36,611 bases of DNA from a virus (IMGVR_UViG_2537561930_000005); one strand, 5' to 3'. Positions 16,512 through 29,514 are shown, numbered from the stretch's first letter. A program made the numbers and translations. The notes: a model not told the origin generated them from the letters alone.

Positions 16512-16527
16512 TGCGACCACGGTCGCA
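16512..16527. other. sopC-like partition site copy 3 (TGCGACCACGGTCGCA)
   Basis: Exact 16-mer, intergenic, 7 nt after the stop of the upstream gene. Confidence 0.6.
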
Positions 16528-16614
16528 CAGCACAAAAACGAAAAAGCTTGGCAAAATGACGGTTTTTAGTTATTGTTTTGTTAAGTTGGGTTTTTTGTAC
16601 CCAACAGCTAACAA

Positions 16615-16637
16615 GCCGCCTTTATGGCGGTTTTTTT
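16615..16637 (+). terminator. Small rho-independent terminator (GCCGCC-TTTAT-GGCGG + T7)
   Basis: Direct read; position upstream of the late genes suggests a tR'-type terminator read through by antitermination. Confidence 0.45.
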
Positions 16638-16654
16638 GTGCCTGAAAAGTGGGC

Positions 16655-16680
16655 GCAGGACAAGTTGCAGCTTGTCCTGC
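16655..16680 (+). promoter_or_regulatory. Perfect 10-bp stem-loop GCAGGACAAG-TTGCAG-CTTGTCCTGC
   Basis: Direct read; no T-run follows, so not a classic terminator. Confidence 0.4.
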
Positions 16681-16772
16681 GGTCAACCCATGCCAGAGCT
16701 ATAGGCTGAACCTAAAGCCCACCCGCGATGCGCATCGCCGGGTTAGCTTACCCAGGCAAAAAAATAATAGCT

Positions 16773-17849
16773 ATGTTCAAAACCACTAATATTCATGGCG
16801 CGCAACTCGTTTGCGCAGATTCTCTGCAATTTATCAAAACCATCCCTGATAACTCGGTCAATTTGATTGCAACAGACCCACCATACTTCGGCGTAAAGGC
16901 TAACGCATGGGATAACCAGTGGGATAGCGATGCTGACTTTTTGGGGTGGATTGACGAATTTTTGGCAGAATTTTGGCGGATATTGGCCCCTAATGGCAGC
17001 CTGTATATGTTTACCGGCTCTCGCCTTGCGTCAAAAATTGAATTATTAACTCGCGACCGTTTCAATGTTCTGAACCATATCATTTGGGCTAAACCCAGTG
17101 GTATGTGGCGCGGTTGTCATAAAGAAAGTTTAAGGGCTTATTTTCCTGCTACTGAAAGAATATTATTTGCAGAGCATTACGGCGCGTCAGGTTATGCGAA
17201 AGGTCAGTCAGGTTATGCTTCAAAATGTGCAGATTTAAGAAAAAATATTTTTTCTCCACTAATTGATGCTTTTTCGCTGGCTCGCCGTCAGTTAGATATA
17301 TCAGCCGCAGACATTAATTCAGCGACAGGAAAGCAGATGTGTTCACACTGGTTTTCTTATTCGCAGTGGCGGCTTCCATCATTAATTGATTTTAATAAAC
17401 TATGCGAATTATTTCGCAGGAAGGCAGATTCACTCGGTGTCCAGTGTCCATATCCTTTTAATGTTGATTATTCAGAACATGAAAAGCGTTATAGCGATCT
17501 GAAATTACATTATGAGGAAGTAAAGAAGCAGTATGATGATTTGAAGGTGCAGTATGAAAATTTACGCCGTCCATTTCATGTTACTGCTGATGTACCTTAT
17601 ACCGATGTATGGGAGTTTCCTCCTGTGCAATATTATCCTGGCAAGCACCCATGTGAAAAACCTGCAGCGATGATGGAACATATTATAAAGAGTAGTTCAC
17701 GCCCCGGAGATATCGTTGCCGATTTCTTTATGGGATCAGGCTCAACTATTAAAGCTGCGCTGAAGTTAGGACGTCAGGCAATAGGTATTGAGATTGAGAG
17801 CGAACGTTATCTTCAGACAGTTGATGAAGTGAAAAAGTTATTTGAGTAA
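16773..17849 (+). CDS. Orphan DNA methyltransferase (N6-adenine/N4-cytosine class, DPPY motif), ~358 aa
   Basis: Motif IV DPPY followed later by motif I FFMGSGST. No adjacent restriction endonuclease gene. Start uncertain (16728 or 16773). Confidence 0.75.
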   Translation: MFKTTNIHGAQLVCADSLQFIKTIPDNSVNLIATDPPYFGVKANAWDNQWDSDADFLGWIDEFLAEFWRILAPNGSLYMFTGSRLASKIELLTRDRFNVLNHIIWAKPSGMWRGCHKESLRAYFPATERILFAEHYGASGYAKGQSGYASKCADLRKNIFSPLIDAFSLARRQLDISAADINSATGKQMCSHWFSYSQWRLPSLIDFNKLCELFRRKADSLGVQCPYPFNVDYSEHEKRYSDLKLHYEEVKKQYDDLKVQYENLRRPFHVTADVPYTDVWEFPPVQYYPGKHPCEKPAAMMEHIIKSSSRPGDIVADFFMGSGSTIKAALKLGRQAIGIEIESERYLQTVDEVKKLFE

Positions 17850-17944
17850 CTGGAGAATATATTCCCCTGCCGTTTTTGGTAGGGGTTATTTTTGCCATAT
17901 AGTTTCCAAGCCGAAACCTCAGCAACTATTGCGAGGTAAGAGAT

Positions 17945-18217
17945 ATGAAGATGGATGAACGATACAGCAGTGCATCTTATGGTAGCGCTGGTCTTGCTGC
18001 GTTCTTTGCCAGCCTGTCATTGCAGGATTGGGGCTTCATTATCGGTGTCGCGTTCAGCATTATCCTCGGTGTGCTTACATACCGGCTCAATAAACGCGAG
18101 CAGATGAAGCGCACGAAGATATTGCAGGACATATTGGATAAAACTGATGCCAATAATATTTCTGCCACGGCGATGGTTATTGGTGAATTGGGAAAGAGAG
18201 CACCGAAGGAAATATGA
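17945..18217 (+). CDS. Holin with dual-start motif (MKM...), 90 aa
   Basis: RBS GAGGTAA; Met-Lys-Met start; hydrophobic helix [18 protein letters not shown]; immediately upstream of the endolysin. Confidence 0.7.
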   Translation: MKMDERYSSASYGSAGLAAFFASLSLQDWGFIIGVAFSIILGVLTYRLNKREQMKRTKILQDILDKTDANNISATAMVIGELGKRAPKEI

Positions 18218-18714
18218 TGCAGTCATCATTACGCAAAGCTGTCGCAACTGCTATTGGTGGCGGGGCTATTGCCATAGCATCTGTGCTCATCTCTGGTCCG
18301 AGCGGCAACGATGGTCTGGAAGGTGTGAAATATAACCCCTACAAAGACATCGTTGGTGTATGGACTGTATGTTACGGGCATACAGGAAAAGACATTATGC
18401 TCGGTAAAACGTATACCGAAGCAGAATGCAAAGCTCTCCTGAATAAAGACCTTGCTACTGTCGCCATACAAATTAACCCGTACATCAAAGTCGATATACC
18501 GGAAACAACGCGCGGTGCTCTTTACTCGTTCGTTTACAACGTGGGTGCAGGCAATTTCAGAACATCGACACTTCTTCGCAAAATCAACCAGGGCGATATC
18601 AAAGGTGCATGTGATCAACTACGTCGCTGGACATATGCTGGCGGTAAGCAATGGAAAGGCCTGATGACTCGTCGTGAGATTGAGCGTGAAGTCTGTTTGT
18701 GGGGGCAACAATGA
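18214..18714 (+). CDS. SAR endolysin (T4-lysozyme-like, GH24), 166 aa
   Basis: N-terminal Gly/Ala-rich signal-anchor-release segment ([20 protein letters not shown]) and catalytic E-x8-D-x5-T triad ([17 protein letters not shown]). Confidence 0.8.
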   Translation: MMQSSLRKAVATAIGGGAIAIASVLISGPSGNDGLEGVKYNPYKDIVGVWTVCYGHTGKDIMLGKTYTEAECKALLNKDLATVAIQINPYIKVDIPETTRGALYSFVYNVGAGNFRTSTLLRKINQGDIKGACDQLRRWTYAGGKQWKGLMTRREIEREVCLWGQQ

Positions 18715-19178
18715 GCAGAGTAACCGCAATTATCTCCGCTCTGGTTATCTGCATCATCGTCTGCCTGTCGTGGGCGGTCAATCATTACCGTGATAACGCC
18801 ATCGTCTACAAAGAACAGCGAGATAAAAAAGTCAGTGAGCTGAAGCAGGCGACCGCCACCATTACTGACATGCAGCAGCGCCAGCGTTCTGCTGATGCAC
18901 TCGATGCTAAATACACGAAGGAGTTAGCTTATGCGAAAGCTGAAAATGATGCTCTTCGGCGCAAGCTTGATAATGGTGGTCGGGTGTTCGTCAAAGGAAA
19001 ATGCCCTGTGCCATCCTCAGCCGAAACCTCCAGCGCCTCCGGCATGGGCAATGATGCCACCGTCGAACTCTCTCCAGTTGCTGGACGAAACGTTCTCGGT
19101 ATCCGGGACGGAATTATCCGCGACCAAACAGCACTGAGAACGCTTCAGGAATACATCAGGACGCAATGCCTTCGATGA
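18711..19178 (+). CDS. Rz: Rz i-spanin, ~155 aa
   Basis: ATG overlaps the endolysin stop (ATGA); N-terminal TM helix and coiled coil; contains an embedded Rz1. Confidence 0.75.
   Translation: MSRVTAIISALVICIIVCLSWAVNHYRDNAIVYKEQRDKKVSELKQATATITDMQQRQRSADALDAKYTKELAYAKAENDALRRKLDNGGRVFVKGKCPVPSSAETSSASGMGNDATVELSPVAGRNVLGIRDGIIRDQTALRTLQEYIRTQCLR
18931..19137 (+). CDS. Rz1: Rz1 o-spanin lipoprotein embedded in Rz (+1 frame)
   Basis: Lipobox IMVVGC followed by a Pro-rich mature region ([16 protein letters not shown]), wholly within Rz. Confidence 0.7.
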   Translation: MRKLKMMLFGASLIMVVGCSSKENALCHPQPKPPAPPAWAMMPPSNSLQLLDETFSVSGTELSATKQH

Positions 19179-19351
19179 TAGCGATAATTTTACTCATCAT
19201 CCTTCACATCTGGCTCTGTAGACAGGGTGGTGCTCACTTCTGGAGTGAATCCAGATTAAACATCTCATTGCTGATGCTTGATATTGAGCATTTTGCGCGC
19301 GGTAAGGGGCTGCGTTGAGATAAGAGCCAGTCATTACAAATACCAGGATTT

Positions 19352-19376
19352 AGCCTCGCATTCGCGGGGCTTTTTA
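19352..19376 (+). terminator. Rho-independent terminator after the lysis cassette
   Basis: Stem AGCCTCGC / GCGGGGCT (one G-U pair), loop ATTC, then T5. A second hairpin follows at 19388-19413. Confidence 0.5.
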
Positions 19377-19669
19377 TTGCCATTACAAAAGCCACTTCCT
19401 ACAGAGTGGCTTTGATAATGGCTTATACCCTACACGGGATAACTTAACTGATATCCCTTTTAAAGGATAAAGGTATTCAAGCCTGACACATCATGCGCTG
19501 TATCGTCGCCGTATTCCCGTATTAACAGAGACCGTAGCCCGACGGGGAACTCCTTCTGCGCGAGTGTGCGGGAATAATCAAAAACGATGCACACCGGGGT
19601 TACCGGGTACACATATTTCATCATGCCAGCGAGTCCGGTTCTGGCACGGAAAAAACCGGACGTTATGAT

Positions 19670-20080
19670 TTAGTGCGGAAATATTTGTGTAGTGTTCTGA
19701 ATGTTCTCAGTAAAGAGTAATGAATTATCAAAGGTATAGTAATACCTTTTGTTTTCGTGGATATTTGTAATCCATCTGAAAACCCCTGCTGTAGCAAGAT
19801 TTTTCCTGTATTCGTAAAATGATAACTCTCCTGATTTGAATCCTTTTAAGGTGGCTTCTATAAGGCATTTATTTTTTGAAAATCTTACATTTACAACCTT
19901 ACCCTGTCCTTTTATTAAAACCGTATTATCGTTTTCAAGAACAAGATGAATATTCTCTGTGGCTAAATAGTAAATGTAATGTGAGACATTGTGACGTTTT
20001 AGTTCAGAATAAAACCAGTGATAGTTTAAATTATTTCGCACTTTATCGAATATTTGTTTAAAAATGGCAACCTGAGCCAT
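19670..20080 (-). CDS. DUF1398-like protein (resembles E. coli prophage YbcV), ~136 aa
   Basis: Sequence MAQVAIFK...RWITNIHE...[13 protein letters not shown] matches my recollection of DLP12 YbcV. Low GC, moron-like. ATG at 20080 has a GGAAGG RBS. Confidence 0.5.
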   Translation of the reverse strand: MAQVAIFKQIFDKVRNNLNYHWFYSELKRHNVSHYIYYLATENIHLVLENDNTVLIKGQGKVVNVRFSKNKCLIEATLKGFKSGELSFYEYRKNLATAGVFRWITNIHENKRYYYTFDNSLLFTENIQNTTQIFPH

Positions 20081-20137
20081 TGTAGTACCTTCCATGTGAT
20101 ATGAGGGGGCGTAGTCTGCACGATTATCTAAATTGCT

Positions 20138-20371
20138 TCAATCTGGTCTGACCTGTTTTCTGAGCAATTCAGTAATGTCACTCTTTTCTTTGTTTGCTTC
20201 AGGCGAAACTCTTTTTTCTGAGCACAGTCTCCGGCGGCAGGCTTCAATGACCCAGGCTGAGAAATTCCCGGACCCTTTTTGAACAAGAGCGATGTTAATT
20301 TGTTCAATCATTTGGTTAGGAAAGCGGATGTTGCGGGTTGTTGTTCTGCGGGTTCTGTTCTTCGTTGACAT
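20138..20371 (-). CDS. DUF3950-like small protein (resembles YlcI), 77 aa
   Basis: Sequence MSTKNRTRRTTTRNIRFPNQMIEQINIAL...SAWVIEACRRRL matches my recollection of prophage YlcI; ribbon-helix-helix-like. Confidence 0.5.
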   Translation of the reverse strand: MSTKNRTRRTTTRNIRFPNQMIEQINIALVQKGSGNFSAWVIEACRRRLCSEKRVSPEANKEKSDITELLRKQVRPD

Positions 20372-20539
20372 GAGGTTGCCCTGTATTCAGTGTCGCTGAT
20401 TTGTATTGTCTGAAGTTGTTTTTACGTTAAGTTGATGCAGATCAATTAATACGATACCTGCGTCATAATTGATTATTTGACGTGGTTTGATGGCGTAGAT
20501 GCACGTTGTGACATGTAGATGATAATTATTATCATTTTG

Positions 20540-20750
20540 CGGGTCCTTTCCGGCGATCCGACAGGTTACGGGGCGGCGACCTCGCGGGTTTTCGCTATTT
20601 ATGAAAATTTTCCGGTTTAAGGCGTTTCCGTTCTTCTTCGTCATAACTTAATGTTTTTATTTAAAATACCCTCTGAAAAGAAAGGAAACGACAGGTGCTG
20701 AAAACGAGCTTTTGGGCCTCTGTCGTTTCCTTTCTCTGTTTTTGGCCGTG
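20540..20750. other. cos: Lambda-type cos site (cosQ-cosN-cosB); cohesive end GGGCGGCGACCT at 20570-20581
   Basis: The run ...CCGACAGGTTACG|GGGCGGCGACCTCGCGGGTTTTCGCTATTTATGAAAATTTTCCGG... matches the lambda genome ends as I recall them, immediately upstream of Nu1. Confidence 0.85.
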
Positions 20751-20759
20751 GAATGAACA

Positions 20760-21279
20760 ATGGAAGTCAACAAAAAGCAGCTGGCTGACATTTTCGGTGC
20801 GAGTATCCGTACCATTCAGAACTGGCAGGAACAGGGAATGCCCGTTCTGCGAGGCGGTGGCAAGGGTAATGAGGTGCTTTATGACTCTGCCGCCGTTATA
20901 AGATGGTATGCCGAAAGGGATGCTGAAATTGAGAACGAAAAGCTGCGCCGGGAAGTTGAAGAACTGCGGCAGGCCAGCGAGACAGATCTCCAGCCAGGGA
21001 CTATTGAGTACGAACGCCATCGACTTACGCGTGCGCAGGCCGACGCACAGGAACTGAAGAATGCCAGAGACTCCGCTGAAGTGGTGGAAACCGCATTCTG
21101 TACTTTCGTGTTGTCGCGGATCGCAGGTGAAATTGCCAGTATTCTCGACGGGCTCCCCCTGTCGGTGCAGCGGCGTTTTCCGGAACTGGAAAACCGACAT
21201 GTTGATTTCCTGAAACGGGATATCATCAAAGCCATGAACAAAGCAGCCGCGCTGGATGAACTGATACCGGGGTTGCTGA

Positions 21280-21305
<26 letters not shown>
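20760..21305 (+). CDS. nu1: Terminase small subunit Nu1 (181 aa)
   Basis: N-terminus MEVNKKQLADIFGASIRTIQNWQEQGMPV... and length 181 aa as in lambda Nu1. Confidence 0.95.
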
Positions 21306-24986
<3,681 letters not shown>

Positions 24987-25006
<20 letters not shown>

Positions 25007-26306
25007 TCTCCCGCATATTGCCAGCATGGCCTTTAATGAGCCGCTGATGCTTGAACCCGCCTATGCGCGGGTTTTCTTTTGTGCGCTTGCAGGCCAGCTT
25101 GGGATCAGCCGCCTGACGGATGCGGTGTCCGGCGACAGCCTGACTGCCCAGGAGGCACTCGCGACGCTGGCATTATCCGGTGATGATGACGGACCACGAC
25201 AGGCCCGCAGTTATCAGGTCATGAACGGCATCGCCGTGCTGCCGGTGTCCGGCACGCTGGTCAGCCGGACGCGGGCGCTGCAGCCGTACTCGGGGATGAC
25301 CGGTTACAACGGCATTATCGCCCGTCTGCAACAGGCTGCCAGCGACCCAATGGTGGACGGCATTCTGCTCGATATGGACACGCCAGGCGGAATGGTGGCG
25401 GGAGCATTTGACTGCGCTGACATCATCGCCCGTGTGCGTGACATAAAGCCGGTATGGGCGCTGGCCAATGACATGAACTGCAGTGCAGGGCAGCTGCTTG
25501 CCAGCGCCGCCTCCCGGCGTCTGGTCACGCAGACCGCCCGGACAGGCTCCATCGGCGTCATGATGGCTCACAGTAATTACGGTGCTGCGCTGGAGAAACA
25601 GGGCGTGGAAATCACGCTGATTTACAGCGGCAGCCATAAGGTGGATGGCAACCCCTACAGCCATCTTCCGGATGACGTCCGGGAGACACTGCAGTCCCGG
25701 ATGGACGCAACCCGCCGGATGTTTGCGCAGAAGGTGTCGGCATATACCGGCCTGTCCGTGCAGGCTGTGCTGGATACCGAGGCTGCAGTGTACAGCGGTC
25801 AGGAGGCCATTGATGCCGGACTGGCTGATGAACTTGTCAACAGCACCGATGCGATCACCGTCATGCGTGATGCACTGGATGCACGTAAATCCCGTCTCTC
25901 AGGAGGGCGAATGACCAAAGAGACTCAATCAACAACTGTTTCAGCCACTGCTTCGCAGGCTGACGTTACTGACGTGGTGCCAGCGACGGAGGGCGAAAAC
26001 GCCAGCGCGGCGCAGCCGGACGTGAACGCGCAGATCACCGCAGCGGTTGCGGCAGAAAACAGCCGCATTATGGGGATCCTCAACTGTGAGGAGGCTCACG
26101 GACGCGAAGAACAGGCACGCGTGCTGGCAGAAACCCCCGGAATGACCGTGGAAACGGCCTGCCGCATTCTGGCCGCAGCACCACAGAGTGCACAGGCGCG
26201 CAGCGACACTGCGCTGGATCGTCTGATGCAGGGGGCACCGGCACCGCTGGCTGCAGGTAACCCGGCATCTGATGCCGTTAACGATTTGCTGAACACACCA
26301 GTGTAA
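24987..26306 (+). CDS. C: Head maturation protease C (439 aa, GTG start)
   Basis: GTG at 24987 gives MTAELRNLPHIASMAFNEPLMLEP... and 439 aa, as in lambda C; overlaps B by 20 nt. Confidence 0.9.
25701..26306 (+). CDS. nu3: Scaffolding protein Nu3 (in-frame internal start within C, 201 aa)
   Basis: Internal ATG at 25701 in the C frame, sharing its stop; this is the known lambda nested C/Nu3 arrangement. Confidence 0.75.
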   Translation: MDATRRMFAQKVSAYTGLSVQAVLDTEAAVYSGQEAIDAGLADELVNSTDAITVMRDALDARKSRLSGGRMTKETQSTTVSATASQADVTDVVPATEGENASAAQPDVNAQITAAVAAENSRIMGILNCEEAHGREEQARVLAETPGMTVETACRILAAAPQSAQARSDTALDRLMQGAPAPLAAGNPASDAVNDLLNTPV

Positions 26307-26315
26307 GGGATGTTT

Positions 26316-26648
26316 ATGACGAGCAAAGAAACCTTTACCCATTACCAGCCGCTGGGCAACAGTGACCCGGCTCATACCGCAACCGCGCCCGGCGTATTGA
26401 GCAAGAAAACGCCAGCAATGACCCCGCTGATGCTGAACACCTCCACCCGTAAGCTGGTTGCGTGGGATGGCACCACCGACGGTGCTGCCGTTGGCATTCT
26501 TGCGGTTGCTGCTGACCAGACCAGCACCACACTAACGTTCTACAAGTCCGGCACGTTCCGTTATGAGGATGTGCTCTGGCCGGAGGCTGCCAGCGACGAG
26601 ACGAAAAAACGGACCGCGTTTGCCGGAACGGCAATCAGCATCGTTTAA
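26316..26648 (+). CDS. D: Head decoration protein D (110 aa)
   Basis: [12 protein letters not shown]...; length as in lambda gpD. Confidence 0.95.
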   Translation: MTSKETFTHYQPLGNSDPAHTATAPGVLSKKTPAMTPLMLNTSTRKLVAWDGTTDGAAVGILAVAADQTSTTLTFYKSGTFRYEDVLWPEAASDETKKRTAFAGTAISIV

Positions 26649-26703
26649 CCTGACCCTTCATCACTAAAGGCCGCCTGTGCGGCTTTTTTTACGGGATTTT
26701 TTT

Positions 26704-27729
26704 ATGTCGATGTACACAACCGCCCAACTGCTGGCGGCAAATGAGCAGAAATTTAAGTTTGATCCGCTGTTTCTGCGTCTCTTTTTCCGTGAGAGCTATC
26801 CCTTCACTACGGAGAAAGTCTATCTCTCACAAATTCCGGGACTGGTAAACATGGCGCTGTACGTTTCGCCGATTGTTTCCGGTGAGGTTATCCGCTCCCG
26901 TGGCGGCTCCACCTCTGAATTTACACCGGGATATGTCAAGCCGAAGCATGAGGTGAATCCGCAGATGACCCTGCGTCGCCTGCCGGATGAAGATCCGCAG
27001 AATCTGGCGGACCCGGCTTACCGCCGCCGTCGCATCATCATGCAGAACATGCGTGACGAAGAGCTGGCCATTGCTCAGGTCGAAGAGATGCAGGCAGTTT
27101 CTGCCGTGCTCAAGGGCAAATACACCATGACCGGTGAAGCCTTCGATCCGGTTGAGGTGGATATGGGCCGCAGTGCGGCGAACAACATCACGCAGTCCGG
27201 CGTCACGGAGTGGAGCAAGCGTGACAAGTCCACGTATGACCCGACCGACGATATCGAAGCCTACGCGCTGAACGCCAGCGGTGTGGTGAATATCATCGTG
27301 TTTGACCCGAAAGGCTGGGCGCTGTTCCGTTCCTTCAAAGCCGTCAGGGAGAAGCTGGATACCCGTCGCGGCTCTCATTCCGAGCTGGAGACAGCGGTGA
27401 AAGACCTGGGCAAAGCGGTGTCCTATAAGGGAATGTATGGCGATGTGGCCATCGTCGTGTATTCCGGACAGTACGTGGAAAACGGCGTCAAAAAGAACTT
27501 CCTGCCGGACAACACGATGGTGCTGGGGAACACTCAGGCTCGCGGTCTGCGCACCTATGGCTGCATTCAGGATGCGGACGCACAGCGCGAAGGCATTAAC
27601 GCCTCTGCCCGTTACCCGAAAAACTGGGTGACCACCGGCGATCCGGCGCGTGAGTTCACCATGATTCAGTCAGCACCGCTGATGCTGCTGGCTGACCCTG
27701 ATGAGTTCGTGTCCGTTCAACTGGCGTAA
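26704..27729 (+). CDS. E: Major capsid protein E (341 aa)
   Basis: MSMYTTAQLLAANEQKF...; 341 aa as in lambda gpE. Confidence 0.95.
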   Translation: MSMYTTAQLLAANEQKFKFDPLFLRLFFRESYPFTTEKVYLSQIPGLVNMALYVSPIVSGEVIRSRGGSTSEFTPGYVKPKHEVNPQMTLRRLPDEDPQNLADPAYRRRRIIMQNMRDEELAIAQVEEMQAVSAVLKGKYTMTGEAFDPVEVDMGRSAANNITQSGVTEWSKRDKSTYDPTDDIEAYALNASGVVNIIVFDPKGWALFRSFKAVREKLDTRRGSHSELETAVKDLGKAVSYKGMYGDVAIVVYSGQYVENGVKKNFLPDNTMVLGNTQARGLRTYGCIQDADAQREGINASARYPKNWVTTGDPAREFTMIQSAPLMLLADPDEFVSVQLA

Positions 27730-27731
27730 TC

Positions 27732-27749
27732 ATGGCCCTTCGGGGCCAT
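27732..27749 (+). promoter_or_regulatory. Intercistronic hairpin with UUCG tetraloop (ATGGCCC-TTCG-GGGCCAT)
   Basis: Direct read, between the E stop and the FI RBS, followed by a T-rich run. Confidence 0.5.
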
Positions 27750-27770
27750 TTTCTCTCTGTGGAGGAGTTC

Positions 27771-28167
27771 ATGACGAAAGATGAACTGATTGCCCGTCTT
27801 CAGGAGCTGGGTGAGCAACTGAACCGCGATGTCAGCCTGACGGGAACGAAAGAAGAACTGGCGCTTCGTGTGGCAGAGCTGGAAGAAGAGCTTGATGACA
27901 CGGATGAAACTGCCGGTCAGGACACCCCTCTCAGCCGGGAAAATGTGCTGACCGGGCATGAAAATGAGGTGGTATCAGCGCAGCCGGATACCGTGACAGG
28001 ATACGGCTGAACTAGTCACGGTTGTGGCACTGGTGACGCTGCATACTGATGCACTTCACGCCACGCGGGATGAGGCTGTGGCATTTGTGCTGCCGGGAAC
28101 GGCGTTTCGTGTCTCTGCCGGTGTGGCAGCTGAAATGACAGAGCGCGGCCTGGCCAGAATGCAATAA
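27771..28167 (+). pseudogene. FI: FI (DNA-packaging/head assembly) disrupted by an apparent frameshift
   Basis: FI frame from ATG 27771 stops at TGA 28008-28010 after 79 codons. A different frame (open from 27997, stop at 28165) encodes ...DTAELVTVVALVTLHTDALHATRDEAVAFVLPGTAFRVSAGVAAEMTERGLARMQ, the expected FI C-terminus, with no start of its own. Confidence 0.6.
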
Positions 28168-28178
28168 CGGGAGGCGCT

Positions 28179-28532
28179 GTGGCTGATTTCGATAACCTGT
28201 TCGATGCTGCCATTGCCTGCGCCGATGAAACGATACGCGGGTACATGGGAACGTCAGCCACCATGACATCCGGTGAGCAGTCCGGTGCTGTGATACGTGG
28301 TGTTTTTGATGACCCTGAAAATATCAGCTATGCCGGACAGGGCGTGCGCGTTGAAGGCTCCAGCCCGTCCCTGTTTGTCCGGACTGATGATGTGCGGCAG
28401 CTGCGGCGTGGAGACACGCTGACCATCGGTGAGGAAAATTTCTGGGTAGATCGGGTTTCGCCGGATGATGGCGGAAGCTGTCATCTCTGGCTTGGACGGG
28501 GCGTACCGCCTGCCGTTAACCGTCGCCGCTGA
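28179..28532 (+). CDS. FII: Head-tail connector FII (117 aa)
   Basis: MADFDNLFDAAIA...; RBS GGGAGG; length as in lambda FII. Confidence 0.95.
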   Translation: MADFDNLFDAAIACADETIRGYMGTSATMTSGEQSGAVIRGVFDDPENISYAGQGVRVEGSSPSLFVRTDDVRQLRRGDTLTIGEENFWVDRVSPDDGGSCHLWLGRGVPPAVNRRR

Positions 28533-28543
28533 AAGGGGGATGT

Positions 28544-29122
28544 ATGGCCATAAAAGGTCTTGAGCAGGCCGTTGAAAACCTCAGCCGTATCAGCAGAACG
28601 GCGGTGCCCGGTGCCGCCGCAATGGCCATTAACCGCGTTGCGTCATCCGCGATATCGCAGTCGGTGGCACAGGTTGCCCGTGAGACAAAGGTACGCCGGA
28701 AACTGGTAAAGGAAAGGGCCAGGCTGAAAAGGGCCACGGTCAAAAATCCGCAGGCCAGAATCAAGGTTAACCGGGGGGATTTGCCCGTAATCAGGCTGGG
28801 TAACGCGCGGGTTGTCCTGTCCCGACGCAGGCGTCGTAAAAAGGGGCAGCGTTCAGCCCTGAAAGGTGGCGGCAGTGTGCTTGTGGTGGGAAACCGTCGT
28901 ATTCCCGGCGCGTTTATTCAGCAACTGAAAAATGGCCGGTGGCATGTCATGCAGCGTGTGGCCGGGAAAAACCGTTACCCCATTGATGTGGTGAAAATCC
29001 CGATGGCGGTGCCGCTGACCACGGCGTTTAAACAGAATATTGAACGGATACGGCGTGAACGTCTTCCGAAAGAGCTGGGCTATGCGCTGCAGCATCAACT
29101 GAGAATGGTAATAAAGCGATGA
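28544..29122 (+). CDS. Z: Tail completion protein Z (192 aa)
   Basis: Length and order as in lambda. Confidence 0.9.
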   Translation: MAIKGLEQAVENLSRISRTAVPGAAAMAINRVASSAISQSVAQVARETKVRRKLVKERARLKRATVKNPQARIKVNRGDLPVIRLGNARVVLSRRRRRKKGQRSALKGGGSVLVVGNRRIPGAFIQQLKNGRWHVMQRVAGKNRYPIDVVKIPMAVPLTTAFKQNIERIRRERLPKELGYALQHQLRMVIKR

Positions 29123-29514
29123 AACATACTGAACTCCGTGCAGCCGTACTGGATGCACTGGAGAAGCATGACACCGGGGCGACGCTTTTTGATGGTCGCC
29201 CCGCTGTTTTTGATGAGGAAGATTTTCCGGCAATTGCCGTTTATCCCACCGGCGCTGAATACACGGGCGAAGAGCTGGACAGCGATACCTGGCAGGCGGA
29301 GCTGCATATTGAAGTTTTCCTGCCTGCTCAGGTGCCGGATTCAGAGCTGGATGCGTGGATGGAGTCCCGGATTTATCCGGTGATGAGCGATATCCCGGCA
29401 CTGTCAGATTTGATCACCAGTATGGTGGCCAGTGGCTATGACTACCGGCGCGACGATGATGCGGGCCTGTGGAGTTCAGCCGATCTGACTTATGTCATTA
29501 CCTATGAAATGTGA
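29119..29514 (+). CDS. U: Tail terminator protein U (131 aa)
   Basis: Length and order as in lambda. Confidence 0.9.
   Translation: MKHTELRAAVLDALEKHDTGATLFDGRPAVFDEEDFPAIAVYPTGAEYTGEELDSDTWQAELHIEVFLPAQVPDSELDAWMESRIYPVMSDIPALSDLITSMVASGYDYRRDDDAGLWSSADLTYVITYEM

Noticed and set aside
19635-19660. Hairpin TCCGGTT-(13 nt)-AACCGGA downstream of the YbcV-like gene as a terminator
   Set aside because: Large loop and no U-tract on either strand.
20387-21241. Minus-strand ORFs 20387-20644, 20661-21200, 20879-21241
   Set aside because: They overlap the cos site and the Nu1 and A coding sequences, which are strongly supported.
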